From NCBI GenBank assembly GCA_012295275.1, contig CM022679.1:5394001-5458000 (forward strand): a DNA stretch of 64,000 nt, in the 5' to 3' direction. The notes under the pieces were generated by a model, which worked only from the letters and a program-made list of their open reading frames with translations, did not search any database and was not told where the DNA came from. Positions 59,501 through 64,000 of the stretch are shown piece after piece. The first letter of the stretch is position 1. Every line of letters begins with the position of its first letter. This stretch comes from Chrysomallon squamiferum. Lineage: Eukaryota; Animalia; Mollusca. A program made the translations under genes and the position numbers.

Positions 59501-60389
59501 ACAGACAGAAACTCATAACAGTTTTATATGTAATTTTCTAATTCTAAAATCTAGGTTACAGTGAAACAAACTTAAGTCGTGGCTGTCATTCGTCTACATT
59601 CGAAAACTCTGTTAATTATCCTTCCACAACGAACGGCAAACATTAAAGACAGACCCATCAGATTATCTGTCAGAACGAAACGACGTAGTACATCACTGTA
59701 ATAACGTTAAATAAGAATCTACCTATTCATCATAATCGACAGCTTCCCAGTATTACTTCCTAAAAAAATAATTCCAGATTCTCTGATCGATCGTTCCGTT
59801 TCTTCTGTATCGCCGGTTAGTCTGGATAAACAAATCCAGAACGTTGTCCTCATTTTCTTTCAATTATTATTATTATTTTTGTTAATTTATTTTTGAATAT
59901 GTTTGTTTTTTTTGTTTTTTTTTAGTATAAAAATGCATTAACGGTATCGAAAAAATAATGAAATTGTTATCTTAAGTTCCAAAAAAAAAAAAAAAATCAA
60001 CAACTGTTGCATGCAACCGGAAATGTGGCTCTTTTGGGAGGAGGTAGAAATGTTGATCTTTCGCGAAGCGGGGGAAATGTATTCGATAGGACGGAGTTTT
60101 ATTAACAAAGCTAATTATGTTTCTCGCTCCATATCGATAATGAAATAAAGAAAAATCCATTGCAAGAAACCGGAAAAACAGAACATTGTGGAAATGGAGA
60201 AAATATCTTATCACTTTTTGTTAGAAATAACAAACAAAAAATTAGTGAAAATTTCACACCGTTTTTGTAACGTAACAAAGACAAAATTTTGTCTGAAATC
60301 GGAAATGTAAATCTTGCAGATGGGGAAAGAAATGAGTTTATCAAAGAGAAAAATAGGAATAAATATAAATAAAAACACATAAACACACA

Positions 60390-60426
<37 letters not shown>

Positions 60427-60427
<1 letters not shown>

Positions 60428-61165
60428 AGTGATACCTTGACTTACAAGTTTAATTCGTTCCGTTGCCGAGCTCGTAACTCAATTTGCTCGTATACCAAAT
60501 CAATTTTGCCAACTGAAATTAACTCAAATAGTTTTAATCCGTTTCCATCATCCAAAAAACGTGTTTATAAATAAGAAAAATGTTTTTATAAATGACAAAT
60601 ATTGTATAAAAACAAAATAAAAGAGAATGTAAAGAAATATATTGGTAATGTAAAGTGTAATTATCTTGGAGATCAGACAAATTATTTTAACAACTTTGGC
60701 TGGAGATTTATAGCCTTTATCGACTATTGCTTCAGTATGGTTCATATCGTAGAAGTACTACGTTTCTACTGTCTGGCCAAGTCGGCTACAAGTACACGTT
60801 GCTTATGTTTTTTCTATGATGTCATACTTTATTTCAATAGACATCATCCGCTTATTGTTCTCAACACTGTCCTTTGCACTCACTTCTTTATATCCATGAT
60901 CAGAAAAAAGAAATTTTGCAAAATACTGCACAAAACGCGAGCACAACACAACAGAGATGCTTCCACGGCGATAAACCCGTGAAGTAAATGAGTAAGACGC
61001 GGGATGCTGGGCGGATGTTGTGTTGTTCGTTGCGCCAACTAGTGGCGGCGTATCAGAAGCTCGCTCGTAACTCGGCCAGCCGAATGCTCTCGTAAGTCGG
61101 AAAACTCGCCTATTTTAGACCAATGCACAAGGATAGTCGACAATAAGACTGAAAGCTCGTTAAAA
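60427..61165. mobile_element. Non-autonomous Tc1/mariner (pogo/Tigger-like) DNA transposon remnant
   Basis: Left end CAGTGATACCTTGACTTACAAGTTTAATTCGTTCCG...GAGCTCGTAACTCAATTTGCTCGTAT; same CTCGTAA motifs recur at ~61064, 61089 (CTCGTAAGTC, inverted match to GACTTACAAG) and 61156; right terminus decayed; no transposase ORF. Confidence 0.6.
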
Positions 61166-62274
61166 AACCAAAGTGTAGTATTTTTCAGACTAGTTACTGA
61201 TTACACTGTCTGCTTTGAAACAACAAAATAACTGAACCAGGAACTACTGATAAAACTGTAATTTTGAAAACAGAAAACTGAAACAACTGGCAATTATATC
61301 AGCTATGTTATCAATTTTTTGACAGAAATTTAACTACACTTCTGTTGACGTGATGTGTTTGCTGTAAAAAGTATTTAGGGATATATACATATCAAGGAAA
61401 TAATCTGACAGCAGAAGCATCTTGATAACAGTCTTTCTACATAATAGCAGTGTGTTGTATAAATATCATACATCTTGATAACAATTGTCAAACAAACTGT
61501 AGAATGTGTAATATCTGTGTATTGAGTATATGCGGTACGTCTTGCTAATATGAGAGCACATTCATACAGTTATATAGATTCTGTATTTTTGTATCAATAT
61601 TCAGTGTAAGAGATAGTGTGTGATTCCAAGTACATGAGCCCAGTTCCCGCATTTTTACTGAAATTCCGCCATAACTATAGTTTTGTATATAATACCTTAA
61701 TGTAACATGCTGAAGCGTTCAGCTGCAAAGAATCCTTATGATGAATTATGATGACATCCGCACTTTGTTTCCAAATCAGTTTTGCGTTTAGTCAATGATT
61801 TTAAAACAAGTATAACAGTTCAAGAATTACTCTTAGTATTAGTGTCTTGTTTCATTACTGATTCGATATTTTCAAAAATTGCTCTCATTTCAAACTGACA
61901 GACCGCATGATAACTTCTGTCACTAATTTCAACATACGGTGGCCTTTCTACTCTCTGTCGCGTATTAGTTTTCACACAACAACACAGCCTGAAGGTAGAG
62001 ATATTATTTTTTTATTAGTATTATTTTCTCTAGTTTTATATCAGGGTGTGATTTGTGGCTGCATCTGTCATACGGGATCCTCGAAATAACAAATCTCTCA
62101 GGTTACTGTCCTCTTTATCAAACACTTCGCAGTTTGAAACACTCGTGATGCAAGTCACGCAGTTTGAACAAAAACAGCATTAAATAAGATCGAAAAATTT
62201 GCACGTATTAATGGACATGATAATATGTGCTTCAGTAATGGTTCCCTTGACATTTTCTTATAGTTTTACATATT

Positions 62275-62373
<99 letters not shown>

Positions 62374-62811
62374 AACCTGCCAGTAATTTTGAATGAGTGA
62401 CACAGAAACCTATTTCTATCAAAAGAAAAAACAACAAGATATTCAATAATATTTGTACAAAAATCTCAAGCTGTTAATCCTCAGCTAAAATAATTTGCCC
62501 GAGTTCTTTAAACAAGACATTTATTTCTGACTCTGATCTCACTGGCGCTGTGTTTCTCTCAGTTGTAAAACTGACACGAGTAACTGCATGAAACATTCCA
62601 AATCTAAATTTTCCAATTTCCTATTAAAAACCGTTTATTAAATTCTGCAAGTTGGTTTCATTCTCAGCCGAACGATTTTCTCATTTCTCCATTGTATTAG
62701 GTAAAATAATATTTTAACATTTGCATTATAATGATCACTGATTTTATGGAGATAAAAAATAATAATAAGATAAAAGAAAAAAGGGATACTGTGTTAAATA
62801 CATCAGCAGGA

Positions 62812-62828
62812 ACAGTAATAATAATAAT

Positions 62829-62862
<34 letters not shown>

Positions 62863-63095
62863 CTTGTGGTAGTGATGGCGGTAGTATTAGTAGTAGGAGG
62901 AGGAGGAGTAATACAAGTTGTAGTAGCAGTAGAAGTAGTAGTAATAGTAATAGTAGCAGTAGCAATAGTAGTACTAGTACTAGTAATAGTAATAGTAGTA
63001 GTAGTAACAGTAGTAGTAGAAGAAGTAACACTAGAAATAACTGTAACTATAGTAGTGGTGATGAACAAGATGATGATAAGAACAACATGATGATA
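62812..63095. repeat. Compound (TAA)n/(TAG)n trinucleotide tract
   Basis: Direct inspection. Confidence 0.9.
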
Positions 63096-64000
63096 AGAAC
63101 AACAAAAGAAGAAGAAGGTATTGAATTTCACACGTAAACTAATATAAAATAAACTGTAAACGTGTAATACAATTTATATCTGACTTTGATTTAATCAAGT
63201 CACTTGAAGGTCAGACGTCTTGACAGCACTTAAATAGTTGTAACAAAAATAATTAAATTTAACTCAATGGGAATGTTTAAGTTAATGACAGTTTATTTGT
63301 TTTGTTTTGTTTTGTTTTATTTTATTGATTCTTGTTAAGGTTGAGGTCGTCGTTGTAGCTATAATTTATCGGTACTTAAATGTTTTATTGTAATTATCAT
63401 CGACGTCTTCATTTTAATATTATTACTATCGTCATCATCAACGGCTACTTCCTGGTACTACTACTACTTCTGTTACTAAAGTTACTACAATATTTATCAT
63501 TATTACTGCTGCTGCTGTTTTTACTGTTAATAATGTTCTGTACATTTATTCAAAATGCGAAACAAACATCCAGAGCTCCCAACACAAACTGAAACCAACG
63601 AACCTAAACTACTACCACAAGGGTATAAACAATTTCGCATTTCCATGTGATTTCAGCTTAATCGTTATCAATAGCCTAACACACTTGTAGCACCATGTTG
63701 TCGCCATCAAATAGTGATTACTAAATTGCAGTGTCTCCGAATGAAGTATTGTCTTTCCAGCAAATTGCATCTGAATATATCCGCGATGTCTTACTGTTTC
63801 TGATCTGAGGTTTATAATCGCGGACACAGTTTAGACAGTAATGTCACGTCTGTGCGGAATTTCCATGTTAAGAAGGCGAGATATTCGACTAAACAACAAA
63901 GCAATCATTCCTGGGATGGACGCATGGATTTAAGCAGTCATTAACAACAGACATGGAATATAACAGTGGTGACTCGGGAAAGACGAACTGAGGTTAGGTG

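Noticed and set aside
60960-61135. CpG-rich patch with CCAAT as the cyclase promoter
   Set aside because: Falls within the Tigger-like element and no adjoining first exon was found

Overview
AT-rich, microsatellite-dense eukaryotic (animal) genomic DNA; an invertebrate, probably lophotrochozoan/mollusc-like, source is my inference only. Two convergent genes. (1) Minus strand, 41788->9596: 20 coding exons of a membrane receptor guanylyl cyclase most similar in motif content to the Drosophila Gyc76C class (ANF-receptor ectodomain, TM helix, pseudokinase, dimerisation helix, cyclase, Ser/basic tail ending TSPV); its 5' exons were not found in the window. (2) Plus strand, ~1790-3910: a compact 5-exon gene for an unrecognised secreted protein of ~283 aa with a signal peptide, an Arg/Gly cluster, five PTGMP(G/S)GGGWQ(D/N)R repeats and two diverged copies of a two-Cys helical module, behind a TATA box with three CACGTG E-boxes. 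Three single-base deletions in homopolymers break the frames (one in the small gene, two in the cyclase) and look like assembly errors. The rest is intronic/intergenic: minisatellites, tRNA-like SINE remnants, a Tigger/pogo-like element and a small inverted-repeat element in the cyclase 3' UTR. Most ORFs in the supplied track are microsatellite artefacts.
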